From: a bacterium
Lineage (GTDB): Bacteria; RBG-13-61-14; DATKZS01
DNA length: 64,000 nt
Assembly: GCA_963674965.2 (NCBI GenBank)
Contig: CAXXFL010000001.1
Coordinates: 672,001-736,000, forward strand
Direction: 5' to 3'
Under the pieces are notes generated by a model. The model was given only the letters and a program-made list of their open reading frames with translations, searched no databases and had not been told where the DNA came from. Below are positions 35,661-46,952 of this stretch, in pieces. How positions within the stretch are numbered: position 1 is the stretch's first letter; every line of letters starts with the position of its first letter. The position numbers were made by a program, and so were the translations under genes.

Positions 35661-36407
35661 TTACTTGGCCTTGCCCTGCTTGGCCACGGCGTCCATCTTG
35701 GCCTTGATGGCCTCCTGGTCGCCAAGGTAGTAGTGCTTTATGGGCTTTAGGTTCTCGTCCAGCTCGTAGACGAGGGGAACGCCCGTGGGTATGTTCAGGC
35801 CGACGATCTCCTCGTCCGATATGTCGTCGAGATATTTGACCAGGGCCCGCAGGCTGTTGCCGTGAGCGGCGATAAGGACCTTCTTCCCGCTCTTTACCGC
35901 CGGTCCAATTTCTTCTTTCCAATAGGGCAGAAATCTTTTTACGGTCAGCTCGAGGCTTTCCGTTTTCGGCACGTCCTCCTTGGAAAGGTCCGCGTACCTC
36001 GGGTCCTTGCCGGGGTAGCGATCATCGTCCTCCTCCAGCTCGGGGGGCGGTATCGAGTAGCTCCGACGCCAGACGAGGACCTGGTCCTCCCCATGCTTGG
36101 CCGCGGTTTCCGCCTTGTTCAGGCCCTGGAGCGCTCCATAATGCCTCTCGTTAAGGCGCCAGTTGCGGATGACCGGAATCCACATTAGGTCCATTTCGTC
36201 CTGGGTGATCCAAAGGGTTCGGATGGCCCTTTTCAGGACCGAGGTATAAGCCACGTCAAAGGTATAGCCTCCCTCCTTGAGGAGTCTGCCCGCCTCCTTG
36301 GCCTCGGCCACGCCCTTTTCCGTAAGGTCCACGTCGGTCCAGCCGGTGAACCTGTTTTCCTTGTTCCACTGGCTTTCGCCGTGCCTGAGAAGGACAACCT
36401 TATACAT
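35661..36407 (-). CDS. gpmA: 2,3-bisphosphoglycerate-dependent phosphoglycerate mutase
   Basis: [29 protein letters not shown] and AHGNSLR motifs. Confidence 0.98.
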   Translation of the reverse strand: MYKVVLLRHGESQWNKENRFTGWTDVDLTEKGVAEAKEAGRLLKEGGYTFDVAYTSVLKRAIRTLWITQDEMDLMWIPVIRNWRLNERHYGALQGLNKAETAAKHGEDQVLVWRRSYSIPPPELEEDDDRYPGKDPRYADLSKEDVPKTESLELTVKRFLPYWKEEIGPAVKSGKKVLIAAHGNSLRALVKYLDDISDEEIVGLNIPTGVPLVYELDENLKPIKHYYLGDQEAIKAKMDAVAKQGKAK

Positions 36408-36764
36408 TACATTCCCTCCTGAAGCTTTTTATCGCCGAGCGTCGAGTGAATCCATGCGATCGGCCGAGAAGCAAAACCGCGTTTCTCCCGAGCATATACA
36501 ATAGCTTGCCCCGGCGCCCTTTGGCAAGTCCAAATGGGCGCGAAGTTTCCCAATATCTCGATCCCGGACTTTTCGGGTCGCGGAATGTATGGCGGATACC
36601 GACGGCGATGAAATAGAAGCGGACTTTAATCGGCATGGCGATCTCCAAGACCCCGTCCAGGCCGATCGGCTGGTCCAAAACCCGCCACGCCGGCGGTTGA
36701 AAATCAAGGAAGCGATATAAATCCCTTTTCCAATCTTGCCTTCCTCGTGATAAATTATGGCGAT

Positions 36765-37637
36765 ATGGAATTCAATCTTACCTGGCCTGAAATGGACGGA
36801 TGGCTGCTGGGGGCCCTGGCCGAGGACATAGGCGGCGGCGACGTAACGACCGAGTGCCTCGCGGGTAAGGCGGACTATGCCCGCGTGGACTGGACGGCCA
36901 AGTCCTCGCTCGTGGTTTGCGGTCTGCCCGTTTGTTTCAGGACCTTCGAGTTGCTGTCTAAAGAATGCTCGGCGCTCTTCATGGCCCAAGAGGGGACCAG
37001 GGCCGAGCCCGGCCAGGTCGTGCTTTCCCTGGCCGGTCCGGCGGGGGCCCTTTTATCGGGCGAGCGCGTGGCCCTCAATATAGCCCAGCACTTGTCGGGC
37101 GTGGCCACCTCGACGGCGCGCTTCGTGGCCGCCGTCGAGGGAACGGGGGCCAGGATCGCGGCCACCAGAAAAACCATCCCCTATAACCGCCGCCTCGAGA
37201 AATACGCGGTGACCGTGGGTGGAGGCGTTCCCCACCGCTACGGCCTTGACGACGGCGTGCTGATCAAGGACAACCACATCGCCCTGGCGGGGTCCATCAC
37301 CCAGGCCGTCCAGCGCGCCCGGTCCTTGGCTCATCACCTTTTGAAGATCGAGGTCGAGGTCGAGAACATGGGCCAGGCCGAGGAGGCGGTCAAAGCCGGC
37401 GCCGACCTTCTCCTCCTCGACAACATGACTCTCGATATGCTCCGCGAGGCGGTCAAAACATTCAAGGGAAAAGTTATCCTCGAGGCCTCGGGCAACGTGA
37501 CCATCGACGTGGTGAGAAGCATCGCGGAGACGGGCGTGGATATCATTTCCACCGGAGCCATAACTCACTCGGTGATCGCGGCCGACGTCTCGGCCCGGCT
37601 CGCCCTTGCCTCGAGACCGGAGGCCGGCAAGGAGTGA
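36765..37637 (+). CDS. nadC: Nicotinate-nucleotide pyrophosphorylase (quinolinate phosphoribosyltransferase)
   Basis: ED...GDVTT, TRKT, LIKDNH, LLDN and EASG motifs. Confidence 0.96.
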   Translation: MEFNLTWPEMDGWLLGALAEDIGGGDVTTECLAGKADYARVDWTAKSSLVVCGLPVCFRTFELLSKECSALFMAQEGTRAEPGQVVLSLAGPAGALLSGERVALNIAQHLSGVATSTARFVAAVEGTGARIAATRKTIPYNRRLEKYAVTVGGGVPHRYGLDDGVLIKDNHIALAGSITQAVQRARSLAHHLLKIEVEVENMGQAEEAVKAGADLLLLDNMTLDMLREAVKTFKGKVILEASGNVTIDVVRSIAETGVDIISTGAITHSVIAADVSARLALASRPEAGKE

Positions 37638-38422
37638 AGGACCCTCTGGACAAGGCGTCCCTTACGAGAACGGGACGCGAGCTGGGGCATACGTTCGTGG
37701 TGAAGGAAGTCACCGGCTCCACCAACGACGACCTGCGAGGGATGGCCGAAAAGGGCGCGGCTCACGGAACGGCCGTCATCGCGGACCGGCAGGAAACCGG
37801 ACGGGGAAGGCTGGGAAGGAAATGGAGCGCCCCGTCCGGCTCGGGCGTCCTTATGTCCGTTCTTCTCCGGCCCGGTCCGGACGAGGCCTGGAGTCCGGGC
37901 CTGGTGACCCTGGCCGCGGGGGCCGCCGCGGCCGCCGCCGTACGGAATCTATGCGGGATCGAGGCCATGATCAAATGGCCAAACGACGTCCGGGTGCATG
38001 GCAAAAAACTGGCGGGCATACTGGCCGAGGCGGGGGGAAGGGGCAAGCTTGACTACGTGGTCCTGGGCATCGGGATTAACGTAAACCTCGCCGAGGATGA
38101 AACGCCGGAGGAAATCCGGCGGATAGCCACCTCGATTTCCATGGAGACGGGCAAGGATTATACTAGATCTTCCCTGGTCCACGCCTTTTTGGACGAGCTC
38201 GAGGCCCTGATCGATCCCGTCAGGCGAGGAGATAGCGGACCCGTGCTCTCGAGTTGGAAGTCCATGGCCGAGGTGGTCGGAAAGCGGGTTAAGGCCGAGG
38301 TCCCGGGCGGGACCTTTTTTGGCCGCGCCCTTGGCGTCCGCGAGGACGGAGCGTTACTGATACTGGAGGAGCCCGGCGGCGGCGAGCGCGCCGTGATCGC
38401 GGGCGACGTCACGATAATATAG
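37634..38422 (+). CDS. birA: Biotin-[acetyl-CoA carboxylase] ligase (no HTH domain)
   Basis: STND, GRGRLGRKW, IKWPND and KLAGIL motifs. Confidence 0.96.
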   Translation: MKDPLDKASLTRTGRELGHTFVVKEVTGSTNDDLRGMAEKGAAHGTAVIADRQETGRGRLGRKWSAPSGSGVLMSVLLRPGPDEAWSPGLVTLAAGAAAAAAVRNLCGIEAMIKWPNDVRVHGKKLAGILAEAGGRGKLDYVVLGIGINVNLAEDETPEEIRRIATSISMETGKDYTRSSLVHAFLDELEALIDPVRRGDSGPVLSSWKSMAEVVGKRVKAEVPGGTFFGRALGVREDGALLILEEPGGGERAVIAGDVTII

Positions 38423-38432
38423 GGGTAGGTTC

Positions 38433-39221
38433 ATGCTGGTATTTCTCGACGTTGGCAATACCAACACGGTCATAGGGTTGTTCGAGGGGGACGAGCTAAA
38501 GGTCAGGTGGCGTATACGCACGGGCAGGGGCGTCACGAGCGACGAGTACGGTATTTTTTTCAGCGAGCTTTTAAGGACCACTGACTTCGAGAAAAAGGAC
38601 ATCGAGGGAGTGGGAATAGCCTGCGTGGTCCCTCCCGTCCTTCCCTCTTTGATTGAATGGTCGAGGAAGTCGCTCGCCGTCGAGCCCATGGTCGTGAGTC
38701 CCGGCATCAAGACGGGCATGCCCATACACGTGGACAACCCCCGGGAGGTGGGCGCGGACAGGATAGTCAACGCCGTCGCCGCCTACGAAAGATACAAGAC
38801 GGCAGTGATTATCGTGGATTTCGGCACGGCCACCACCATAGACTTCGTTTCCTCGAGGGGGGTTTTCGAGGGCGGCATCATCGCGCCGGGCATGGCCATA
38901 TCCACCGAGGCCCTTTTCAAGAGCGCCTCGAAGCTTCCCCGCGTCGAGCTGATGAGACCTCCTCGGGTGATCGGCAAGAACACGGTCAACGCCATGCAAA
39001 GCGGCATCGTTTTCGGCTACGCCGGACTGGTGGACGCCCTTGTTGGGAGGATCAAAAAGGAGGTTTCCCTCGAGTGGCCGGACGAGCCGGACCCCGTCGT
39101 GGTGGCCTCGGGAGGATTGTCTTCCCTCTTTTCCGAGGTGGCGGAGACGATAGGAGAGATAGACGAGTTCCTCACCCTGCAGGGACTCCGGATAATCTAC
39201 GCCCGAAACCGCCAGGAATAG
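38433..39221 (+). CDS. coaX: Type III pantothenate kinase
   Basis: DVGNT, GADR and DFGTATT motifs. Confidence 0.97.
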   Translation: MLVFLDVGNTNTVIGLFEGDELKVRWRIRTGRGVTSDEYGIFFSELLRTTDFEKKDIEGVGIACVVPPVLPSLIEWSRKSLAVEPMVVSPGIKTGMPIHVDNPREVGADRIVNAVAAYERYKTAVIIVDFGTATTIDFVSSRGVFEGGIIAPGMAISTEALFKSASKLPRVELMRPPRVIGKNTVNAMQSGIVFGYAGLVDALVGRIKKEVSLEWPDEPDPVVVASGGLSSLFSEVAETIGEIDEFLTLQGLRIIYARNRQE

Positions 39222-39257
39222 GGGCGTACTGAAAAGTCCAGGCCGGGAGAAGTAATA

Positions 39258-40280
39258 ATGATTGACCTTAGAAGCGACACCGTAACCAGGCCCACCCCCG
39301 CCATGCGGGAGTTCATGGCCAAGGCCGAGGTGGGAGACGACGGATACGGCGATGATCCGACCGTCAATCTTCTGCAGGAAAAGTCGGCCCGCGTCACCGG
39401 CAAGGAGGACGCCCTGTTTCTTCCCTCCGGCACCATGGCCAACGTGGTGGCCATCATGTGCCACACCCGGCCCTCCGACTCGGTTATCCTGGGCAAGAAC
39501 GCCCATAGCTGGCTCTACGAGAGCGGAAGCATCGGGGCCGTGGCCGGCGTTCTTCCCATCATCGTGGGAGAGGACGGGACCTTTACCTGGGAAGACGTGA
39601 ACGCCAACGCCAAGGGCGGGGACGTGCACATGGCGCCCACTACCCTGGTGATGATGGAGAACACCCACAACGGCGGGGGAGGGATAGTATTTCCTCAGAA
39701 GTGGATCGTCGAGATATGCGAAAAGGCCGGCTTCTGGGGCATCAAGACCCATATCGACGGGGCCAGGATATTCAACGCCTCGATCGCCTCGGGAAAGCCC
39801 GCGGCCGAGCTTTGCGCGCCGGTGGACTCGGTCAGCTTCTGCCTTTCCAAGGGACTGGGCGCGCCGGTGGGATCGATGCTTTGCGGGACGCGCGATTTTA
39901 TCCTCAAGGCCAGGCGCTACCGCGAGCTTTTAGGTGGAGGCATGAGGCAGGTCGGGATAGTGGCGGCCGGAGGGGTTTGGGCCCTGGACAACCACGTCGA
40001 GCGCCTCGAGGAGGACCACGCCAACGCCATGGTTCTGGCGCGGGGCCTAAAGGATATTAAAGGACTGAGGGTCGACCTCGAGCGAGTTCACACCAACATG
40101 GTCTTCATTGGGCTGGAAAAGGATGGCCTCAACGCCTTCGAGTACGCGGCCCGGCTGGGAGAACTGGGCGTTAAGATCAACGCCATGGGCAAGGATTTCC
40201 TGCGCGCCGTGACTCACCTCGACGTGTCCTGGTCGGACGTGACCAGGGCCATAGATCTTTTCGAGAAGGCCCTCGCCTAG
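39258..40280 (+). CDS. ltaE: Low-specificity L-threonine aldolase
   Basis: [21 protein letters not shown] and [12 protein letters not shown] motifs. Confidence 0.96.
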   Translation: MIDLRSDTVTRPTPAMREFMAKAEVGDDGYGDDPTVNLLQEKSARVTGKEDALFLPSGTMANVVAIMCHTRPSDSVILGKNAHSWLYESGSIGAVAGVLPIIVGEDGTFTWEDVNANAKGGDVHMAPTTLVMMENTHNGGGGIVFPQKWIVEICEKAGFWGIKTHIDGARIFNASIASGKPAAELCAPVDSVSFCLSKGLGAPVGSMLCGTRDFILKARRYRELLGGGMRQVGIVAAGGVWALDNHVERLEEDHANAMVLARGLKDIKGLRVDLERVHTNMVFIGLEKDGLNAFEYAARLGELGVKINAMGKDFLRAVTHLDVSWSDVTRAIDLFEKALA

Positions 40281-40288
40281 GGCGGAGT

Positions 40289-40561
40289 TTACAGGACCTT
40301 AAACCACATCAAGAACCCGATAATAATAAAAAGACCGGCGGCGCCCTTTTCGAGATACTCGACCGGCGCGACCCTGGTCAGGGCCTCTCCGCCGAGCACC
40401 CCTATCAGGGTGACCAGCGTCAGGGCCAGGGCCGCGCCCAGGAAAACCGAGAGCGGCTTGCCCGTCTTCGAGGTCATGGATATGGCCGCAAGTTGGGTCT
40501 TGTCTCCCATCTCGGCTATGAACAAGGCGATAAAGGTCGCGCCGAAGGTCTTCCAGTCCAT
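40289..40561 (-). CDS. TMEM165/GDT1 (UPF0016) half-size transporter
   Basis: AEMGDKTQ motif, three TM helices. Confidence 0.93.
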   Translation of the reverse strand: MDWKTFGATFIALFIAEMGDKTQLAAISMTSKTGKPLSVFLGAALALTLVTLIGVLGGEALTRVAPVEYLEKGAAGLFIIIGFLMWFKVL

Positions 40562-40578
40562 CCTTATTTCCTTTCTCG

Positions 40579-41292
40579 TTACCTGTAGCCGTCAAGGCTG
40601 AACTTTCCAGCCTCCGTCTGGATGGCCACGTCATCCTCGACGATGAGGTCCCTGCTTTTCAAGCCAAGCTCGATCTGGACCAGCTTGCGCCTTCCGCCTG
40701 GACCGTCCAGGGCGTATCTTTTCCGCCTGAGGTAAAGCCCGGAAGACTCGGCCGCGTCAAGAAGACGCTTTTCCTCGTCCGCCGGATAAACGAAAAAAAC
40801 GAGCCCGTCGGCGGCCAGAAAACTCGAGGCCGACCGCGTCCACGAACCTATGGTCATCTCGATCTCGTGCCGGGCGATGGCCTTCTCGGGGTTGGGACTG
40901 TGACGCCCAGACTCCCTGGCGCGAAAAGGAGGATTCGTCGCGATCGCGTCGAATCGATAACCGCCAAGCTCGGGAAGACCGCCCGTCGCGTCGCCGCGTA
41001 TTATCTCGACTTTAGGACTGGTGGCGTTAAGCTCAGCGTTGCGCCGGGCCAACTCGGCCAGGCCCGGTTGTATCTCGACGCCCACCACCCGGCTCGGGTT
41101 GCCGCGGGCCGCGAGGATCAAGGCGATGACCCCCACTCCGCAGCCCATGTCCAGGACGCTCTTTCCCCTGATTTTTTCCAGCGCGAAGTCGGCCAGGAGA
41201 AGAGCGTCCACCGAGTACCGGTAGCCCTTCTTGTACTGGTATATCTTGAGTTCCCCGTGCAGGAGATCGTCAAAAGTCTCTTCCCGTTCCAT
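40579..41292 (-). CDS. tRNA1(Val) A37 N6-methyltransferase-like protein
   Basis: GYRYSVDALLL, LDMGCGVG, NPPF and ARHE motifs. Confidence 0.88.
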   Translation of the reverse strand: MEREETFDDLLHGELKIYQYKKGYRYSVDALLLADFALEKIRGKSVLDMGCGVGVIALILAARGNPSRVVGVEIQPGLAELARRNAELNATSPKVEIIRGDATGGLPELGGYRFDAIATNPPFRARESGRHSPNPEKAIARHEIEMTIGSWTRSASSFLAADGLVFFVYPADEEKRLLDAAESSGLYLRRKRYALDGPGGRRKLVQIELGLKSRDLIVEDDVAIQTEAGKFSLDGYR

Positions 41293-41403
41293 GCCGTCCC
41301 TTCCCAACGGCGCTTTCAGGATCAAAACGCCCGGGAGAGTTCATCTTGACCGATGTTCCGCTAGTCGTCAATTCAAGAGCGAGAAGAAAAAATCTGATTT
41401 TCG

Positions 41404-42588
41404 TCAGTCGTGCTCTCCTCTTTGGATTTCCCCTATGGTATCGAAGATGGCCTCGACGTTCGCCTGGGCCATGGTGCATTGTATCTCGTGGCTGGTTCCC
41501 AGTACGTGGCCGCCGCCTCGGCCTCCGGTTTGGTAGTTCGCGATTATCTCGGCGCGAAGTTCCTCGGGCGTCATGAATTCACCGCGCTGGACGTCGATGC
41601 CGGTAATAAAGGTCAGCTTGTCCCCGTACTCGGCGTGGGCCTTCTTGAAATCGTTTCCCGCCTTGGTCTGGAATGAATGGAGCATGTCCAGGCCGGCCTC
41701 CACGTAATGCTCGAGAAAGGGCCCCTGGTAGCCGCAGGAATGAAGACAGGCCAGGGCCCCCTCTTCATGAGCCGCGTCGATCAGCCGCTTTAAGTTCGGA
41801 TAGGTGAATTCCTTCCACATCTTCATCGAGATAAGGGGACGGTTGTCGTATCCATAGTCGTCCTCGATGAACACCACGTCCGCGCCGGCGCGAACGCTCC
41901 TTTTCGCCACCTCGACGTGGAAGTCGGTCCAGCGTCTCATGAACTCCAGCATCTCCTCGGGGTAGTCGATAAGGAAGGTCATGAACCTCTCCATACCGAA
42001 AAGGGACGTGGCCGTGAAATCCTGGCTGCCCCAAACCTCGGCCGCCACGCTCGCGTGGGGGTAGGATTTTCTGTAGTTCCTGAAGATCGAGAAATGGGCC
42101 TCCTTTAAAGGACTCGGGAAGCGGTAGTCGTTCGCGTCCCGGATGGTCTTGATGGCCGGCTCGACCATGTCCGGATAGATGCCGCTCCCCAGGGCGCGGG
42201 TCGCGCCGTAAAGGTCCCGCATGTGAATCCGGCCGCCGCGGCGGAAGAAAGTGGCGTAGCGCCAGGGCGTGGCAAAGGAGGCCAGCACCATGTCGGCCCC
42301 CAGCTCGAGGGAATAGGCGTTGGCCCAGTTAAAGGTGTGCACGTCGAAAAGAAGAGGGGCCAGCCTCCATATCTCGGCCGCGTTTTGCTCGCCGCCTTTT
42401 TTGTATCGGTCCCAGAAAAGCCGGGCCAGGGCGTTCCAGTGAGCGCGCGCCGCGGGCTTATACTCCGCCATAAGACGGCAGCCGGTATGGGCGTTGATCC
42501 AGACGAAGACGGGTACCCGGTCAACCGGGGCCCCCCTGGCCGTGAAGTGTATCCTCTCCCTGGAGGTCATGGAGCCGCTATTCGTCAT
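41404..42588 (-). CDS. Uroporphyrinogen decarboxylase family protein
   Basis: MTSRER...DRVP, EDDYG, LHSCG and G.IDVQ motifs. Confidence 0.85.
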   Translation of the reverse strand: MTNSGSMTSRERIHFTARGAPVDRVPVFVWINAHTGCRLMAEYKPAARAHWNALARLFWDRYKKGGEQNAAEIWRLAPLLFDVHTFNWANAYSLELGADMVLASFATPWRYATFFRRGGRIHMRDLYGATRALGSGIYPDMVEPAIKTIRDANDYRFPSPLKEAHFSIFRNYRKSYPHASVAAEVWGSQDFTATSLFGMERFMTFLIDYPEEMLEFMRRWTDFHVEVAKRSVRAGADVVFIEDDYGYDNRPLISMKMWKEFTYPNLKRLIDAAHEEGALACLHSCGYQGPFLEHYVEAGLDMLHSFQTKAGNDFKKAHAEYGDKLTFITGIDVQRGEFMTPEELRAEIIANYQTGGRGGGHVLGTSHEIQCTMAQANVEAIFDTIGEIQRGEHD

Positions 42589-42815
42589 TTATAGTACCTC
42601 CCGCGTTGATGGGTGCTATTATAATCGTTAATGAAATAGCAATGAAAGTATCGAGAAGCGGCCAGGTTGCGCTTCCATTATAAACGGGTGAAAATGGTCG
42701 TATAATATTTTTACCGCCAACGCGCGGCGGTATCATCTCATAGAAATTTATTTCGACGTTCGCGAGGCGGGCCGCCCTCCCGATTAATGACAAGATAGGT
42801 CAATAAATTCAGCTT

Positions 42816-43460
42816 ATGCCCGATAAATTCAAAGAAGTCTTCGACGTGAGCGTGACGCTCGGCGGGGGATCGGTCGATTACCCCGGCGATACTCCTTACG
42901 CGAGAAAGTCCCTTTGCGAGATAGGCCGGGACTGTCCTTATTCTCTTTCCAGCCTGACCATGAGCGCTCACTCGGGGACCCATATCGACGCCCCGTCCCA
43001 CTTCATCGAGAAGGGCAAGACCATCGACGAATACGAAGCCGGGGATTTCATGTTGCCCGCCCTGGTCGTCGACGCTCGGGGCAAAAGTGCGGTCACGCCG
43101 GAGACCCTGGCCGACGTAACGGTCCCTCCGGGATGGGCGCTTCTTTTCAAGACGGACAATTCCGAAAGCGGCTTGTGCCGGGGCGGGGTTTTCTCCGAGA
43201 ACTACGCGTTTATATCGCCCGCGGCCGCCCGGGCCTGCGTTGCGAAAAGGGCCGCCCTGGTGGGCCTGGATTATCTCACCATCGAAGAGCACGGCCGGGA
43301 GGATTTCGAGTCTCATCGGACGCTCTTGTCCGCGGGCGTCTTGATCCTGGAGGGCCTCGATCTAAGCGGCGTCTCTCCGGGAGAATATTCACTTATTTGT
43401 CCGCCTCTCAAACTGGGAGGCGCCGAGGCCGCGCCGGTACGGGCGGTCTTGATAAGGTAG
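42816..43460 (+). CDS. Cyclase family/kynurenine formamidase-like metal hydrolase
   Basis: HSGTHIDAPSH, ILEGL and AAPVRAV motifs. Confidence 0.92.
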   Translation: MPDKFKEVFDVSVTLGGGSVDYPGDTPYARKSLCEIGRDCPYSLSSLTMSAHSGTHIDAPSHFIEKGKTIDEYEAGDFMLPALVVDARGKSAVTPETLADVTVPPGWALLFKTDNSESGLCRGGVFSENYAFISPAAARACVAKRAALVGLDYLTIEEHGREDFESHRTLLSAGVLILEGLDLSGVSPGEYSLICPPLKLGGAEAAPVRAVLIR

Positions 43461-43469
43461 GACAAGGTC

Positions 43470-45857
43470 ATGAGTTACGACCACTATTACCAGTCCGTCT
43501 TGGAGAGCATGAACGAGCAGGTGTACGTTCGCGACCTGGACATGAACATCCTTTATATAAACCCGGCCGCCGAGAGGCTTACGGGCTGGTCCCTGTCCGA
43601 GGCCTTGAAAAAAAAATGTTATGAGGTTTTTGGAGACGAGGACCTTGTATGCAAAGCCGTGTGCCCGGTTGAAAAGGCCCTTTCCGACAAATGTGGCATG
43701 ATGCATCATGAGGGTGAATTAAAAAGCCGCTCGGGGAGACTCCATAAAATGCGCGTATCCATCGCGCCCTTTCGCGAGGAAGGCAAGGCCGGCGGCGCGG
43801 TGATTGTCCTCCAGGACGTCACCGACTTGAAGAACCTCGAGGAAACCCACGTCAAGACCCTGATCAAGCTGGAAAAGGAAATCGAGGCCGGCAAAAAGAA
43901 GGAACTCGAATTGAGGCGGGCCCAGGCAGTGGCCCGGGTAGGCAGTTGGCGACTTGACTTCGGAAGCAACGTCCTTACCTGGAGCGAGGAAACCTCCAGG
44001 ATGTTCGGCGTGGAGCCGGGGTCCCGTTTGAACTTGAGCGATTTTATCGAGTTGGTCCACCCCGAGGACCGGGAGCGGATGCAAGCCGCCTGGCGGGCCG
44101 CCCTTAAGGGCGAGGTCTACGAAACCGAGCACCGCGTCCTGGGTTTCGACCAGGAAATCTGGGTCCAGGAAAGGGCGGAAATATTCTTTAACGAAAAGGG
44201 CGAGCCGGTCGAGGCGGTGGGAACGGTATTCGACGTTACCCAACGAAAGCAGCTCGAGACCCTGCTCCAGTCCGAGAGTGACATGGCCTCGGCATGGAGT
44301 AAGAGTGGTTCCTTTTCGGAAAGGATGGAAATATGCCTTGTGGCCGCCATCCAGGCCTCGGGCATGGACTGCGGCGGCTTCTACCTTATCGATGAGAGCG
44401 ACCAAAGCCTCTCGCTCAAAGTGCACCGCGGCGTATCGGAGGAGTTTCTCAAGCGGGCCTCCCGTTTCCCCGCCGACTCGAACAACGCAAGGCTCGTGCG
44501 GCGAGGCGAGCCGGTTTACGCGCTTCACAGCGAGCTTCTTCTCCGGAAAGACGACCTCAACGTAAAGGAGGGCTTCAAGGCGGTCGCGATCGTTCCGCTC
44601 CTGTGCCAGGGCCGGACGTTGGGATGTCTGAACCTCGCCTCCCGCTCCATGAGCGCCGTGCCCGGCCACGTTCGCGCGGCCCTCGAGGGGATTGCCCGTT
44701 ACGCCGGCTCCTTCGTGGCCCAGGAGATCGAGGAGGAAAAAAGCCGCCAAAGCCACCGCGACCTGGAGGAGCTGTTCAACACCATCGAGGACATGCTGTT
44801 TATCCTCGACATGGAGGGCAATATTTTAGGGCATAACCGCATCGTGAGCGGACGCCTCGAATACGGCCAGGATGAACTGACGGGCCGTCACGTTCTGGCC
44901 GTTCACCCGGAGGACCGCCATGATGAGGCCCGGAGGGTAATCGCCGCCATGCTGGCGGGAAAGTCGGATATCTGCATGATCCCGCTCATCGCCAAAAGCG
45001 GACGCCTGATTCCCGTGGAAACCAAAGTCAAGCTCGGCCGCTGGGCCGGAAAGGAAGTCATCTTCGGGACCAGCCGGGACATTTCCGAGCGTCTTAAACT
45101 CGAGGCCGACCGCCTTGCCCTCGAGCGTCGCCTTCAGCAGATCGAGAAAGCGGAGAGCCTCTCCCGCATGGCGGGGGCCGTTGCCCACAACTTCAACAAC
45201 ATGATGATGGTGGTTGCCGGAAATCTCGAGATGGCTCAGATGGCGCTGCCTCCCGAATCCAAGGCGGCCGGCGAGATCGAGGAAGCCAGGAAGGCCGCGA
45301 GAAAGGCGTCGGAAACGAGCCGCCTCATGCTGACCTTTCTGGGCCAATCGTCCCGCCAGACCGAAATTCTGGACCTTTCGGAAACATGCCGAAAATGTCT
45401 GATCGAGGCCCGGGCCTCCTTGCCGGAAGGCATGGAACTGGAAGCGGACCTGCCCTCGCCCGGCCCCAGGATCACGGCCGATCCCACGCAGATTTGTCAA
45501 CTTATCTCCAATCTGGTCACGAACGCCTTCGAGTCCATGGAGGATTGTCCCGGCACGGCGCGTGTGACGGTCAATGAGGCCGAGGCGTCTGAGGTCCCCT
45601 CCCAGCGCCGTTTTCCTAAGGACTGGGCGCCCTCGGAAAAGCGCTACGCTCGCGTGTCGGTGTCCGACCGGGGTCGCGGGATGCAGGAGGAGATTATTGA
45701 CAGTATCTTCGATCCTTATTTCAGCGAAAAGTTCACGGGCAGGGGACTGGGGCTGGCCGTGGCGCTTGGAATAGCCAAGTCCTGCGACGGTTGCGTCACC
45801 GTGGACACAAAACCGGGGAAGGGAAGTCTGTTTCAGGTATTTGTGCCGCTCGCGTAA
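43470..45857 (+). CDS. Cytoplasmic PAS-PAS-GAF-PAS sensor histidine kinase
   Basis: AHNFNN H-box, NLVTNA, DRGRG and GRGLGL; no receiver domain. Confidence 0.93.
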   Translation: MSYDHYYQSVLESMNEQVYVRDLDMNILYINPAAERLTGWSLSEALKKKCYEVFGDEDLVCKAVCPVEKALSDKCGMMHHEGELKSRSGRLHKMRVSIAPFREEGKAGGAVIVLQDVTDLKNLEETHVKTLIKLEKEIEAGKKKELELRRAQAVARVGSWRLDFGSNVLTWSEETSRMFGVEPGSRLNLSDFIELVHPEDRERMQAAWRAALKGEVYETEHRVLGFDQEIWVQERAEIFFNEKGEPVEAVGTVFDVTQRKQLETLLQSESDMASAWSKSGSFSERMEICLVAAIQASGMDCGGFYLIDESDQSLSLKVHRGVSEEFLKRASRFPADSNNARLVRRGEPVYALHSELLLRKDDLNVKEGFKAVAIVPLLCQGRTLGCLNLASRSMSAVPGHVRAALEGIARYAGSFVAQEIEEEKSRQSHRDLEELFNTIEDMLFILDMEGNILGHNRIVSGRLEYGQDELTGRHVLAVHPEDRHDEARRVIAAMLAGKSDICMIPLIAKSGRLIPVETKVKLGRWAGKEVIFGTSRDISERLKLEADRLALERRLQQIEKAESLSRMAGAVAHNFNNMMMVVAGNLEMAQMALPPESKAAGEIEEARKAARKASETSRLMLTFLGQSSRQTEILDLSETCRKCLIEARASLPEGMELEADLPSPGPRITADPTQICQLISNLVTNAFESMEDCPGTARVTVNEAEASEVPSQRRFPKDWAPSEKRYARVSVSDRGRGMQEEIIDSIFDPYFSEKFTGRGLGLAVALGIAKSCDGCVTVDTKPGKGSLFQVFVPLA

Positions 45858-45943
45858 ACGGAGTTTATATTGGACGCGGTCACGCGCTAAAATGTGGATA
45901 CGACCTGGGCGCGTCGGCGCCTTTTCTTTTTCGGGGGGAGCAA

Positions 45944-46924
45944 ATGGACCATTACGGAAACATCGGAGTATTATTGGACGTTCCCGGCGTCAAGGTCGGG
46001 CATAAGACCGACGAGAGGGGCGGCACGGGAACGACGGTCATAATATTCGAGAAGGGGGCGACGGGTGGCGTGGACGTCCGGGGCATGGCCTCGGGCAGCC
46101 GGGAGACCCCGGCCCTCGATCCTCTTCACGTGACTTCCTCCTGCCACGCCCTCTGCCTCTCGGGTGGAAGCGCCTTTGGCCTGGCCGCGGCCGACGGGGT
46201 AATGAAATACCTGGCGGAAAGGAACATCGGCTACTTCGCCAGGGTGGCGGTGGTTCCCATCGTTCCGGCGGCCATCATCTTCGACCTTTCCTTCAAGGAC
46301 GTCAACGCCCGGCCCGACTCCTCCTTTGGCTACGAGGCCTGCCTGGACGCGGAGAAGGGCGAGACCAGCATGGGCTCGGTGGGAGCGGGCACGGGGGCCA
46401 CGGCGGGCAAGATTTTCGGGGTCCCCAACGCCACCAAGGCGGGCGTGGGAGAGGCCTCCATTACCACGCGGGACGGCGTCACCGTGGCAGCCCTGGCCGT
46501 GGTCAACAACCTGGGCGACGTGCTCGATCACGCAACGGGAGAGATAATCGCCGGGACCCGCGACCCGAAGACGGGCCGGTTCGTGGACACGGCGAAGACC
46601 CTGGCGGGCATGGCCGACTTCACGCCGCCCATGAGCGAGAACACCAACCTAATCGCGGTGGTCACCGACGCGGCCCTGGACAAGGCGGGCGCCAACAAGC
46701 TGGCCCGCATGGCCTCGGCGGGCATGGCCAGGACCCTCAGGCCCGCCCACTCGACCTTTGACGGCGACATGGTCTTCGCCTTTTCCTACGGCCAAAAAAA
46801 GTCCGACGTCAACCGGCTGGGGATCATCGCGGCGGACGCCGTAGCCATGGCGATCAACAGGGCCGTCATCGAGGCCGACGGACTGGGCGTTATTCCCGCT
46901 TATAAAGACCTGAAGAAAAATTGA
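45944..46924 (+). CDS. Peptidase S58/DmpA (P1) family
   Basis: VPGVKVGH, LSGGSAFGL, VGAGTGA, NTN and H...DGD motifs. Confidence 0.92.
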   Translation: MDHYGNIGVLLDVPGVKVGHKTDERGGTGTTVIIFEKGATGGVDVRGMASGSRETPALDPLHVTSSCHALCLSGGSAFGLAAADGVMKYLAERNIGYFARVAVVPIVPAAIIFDLSFKDVNARPDSSFGYEACLDAEKGETSMGSVGAGTGATAGKIFGVPNATKAGVGEASITTRDGVTVAALAVVNNLGDVLDHATGEIIAGTRDPKTGRFVDTAKTLAGMADFTPPMSENTNLIAVVTDAALDKAGANKLARMASAGMARTLRPAHSTFDGDMVFAFSYGQKKSDVNRLGIIAADAVAMAINRAVIEADGLGVIPAYKDLKKN

Positions 46925-46952
46925 GAATCCGGGCCCGGACGCGGGCCGCGAA

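Noticed and set aside
35336-35725. N-terminal extensions given by the ORF track (otr, epimerase 24614, FGE 18164, P1 peptidase 45791)
   Set aside because: Downstream starts have RBSs and signal peptides or family N-termini; the extensions overlap neighbours or regulatory DNA.
36408-36760. Small ORFs between gpmA and nadC
   Set aside because: No RBS, coding bias or recognisable motif.
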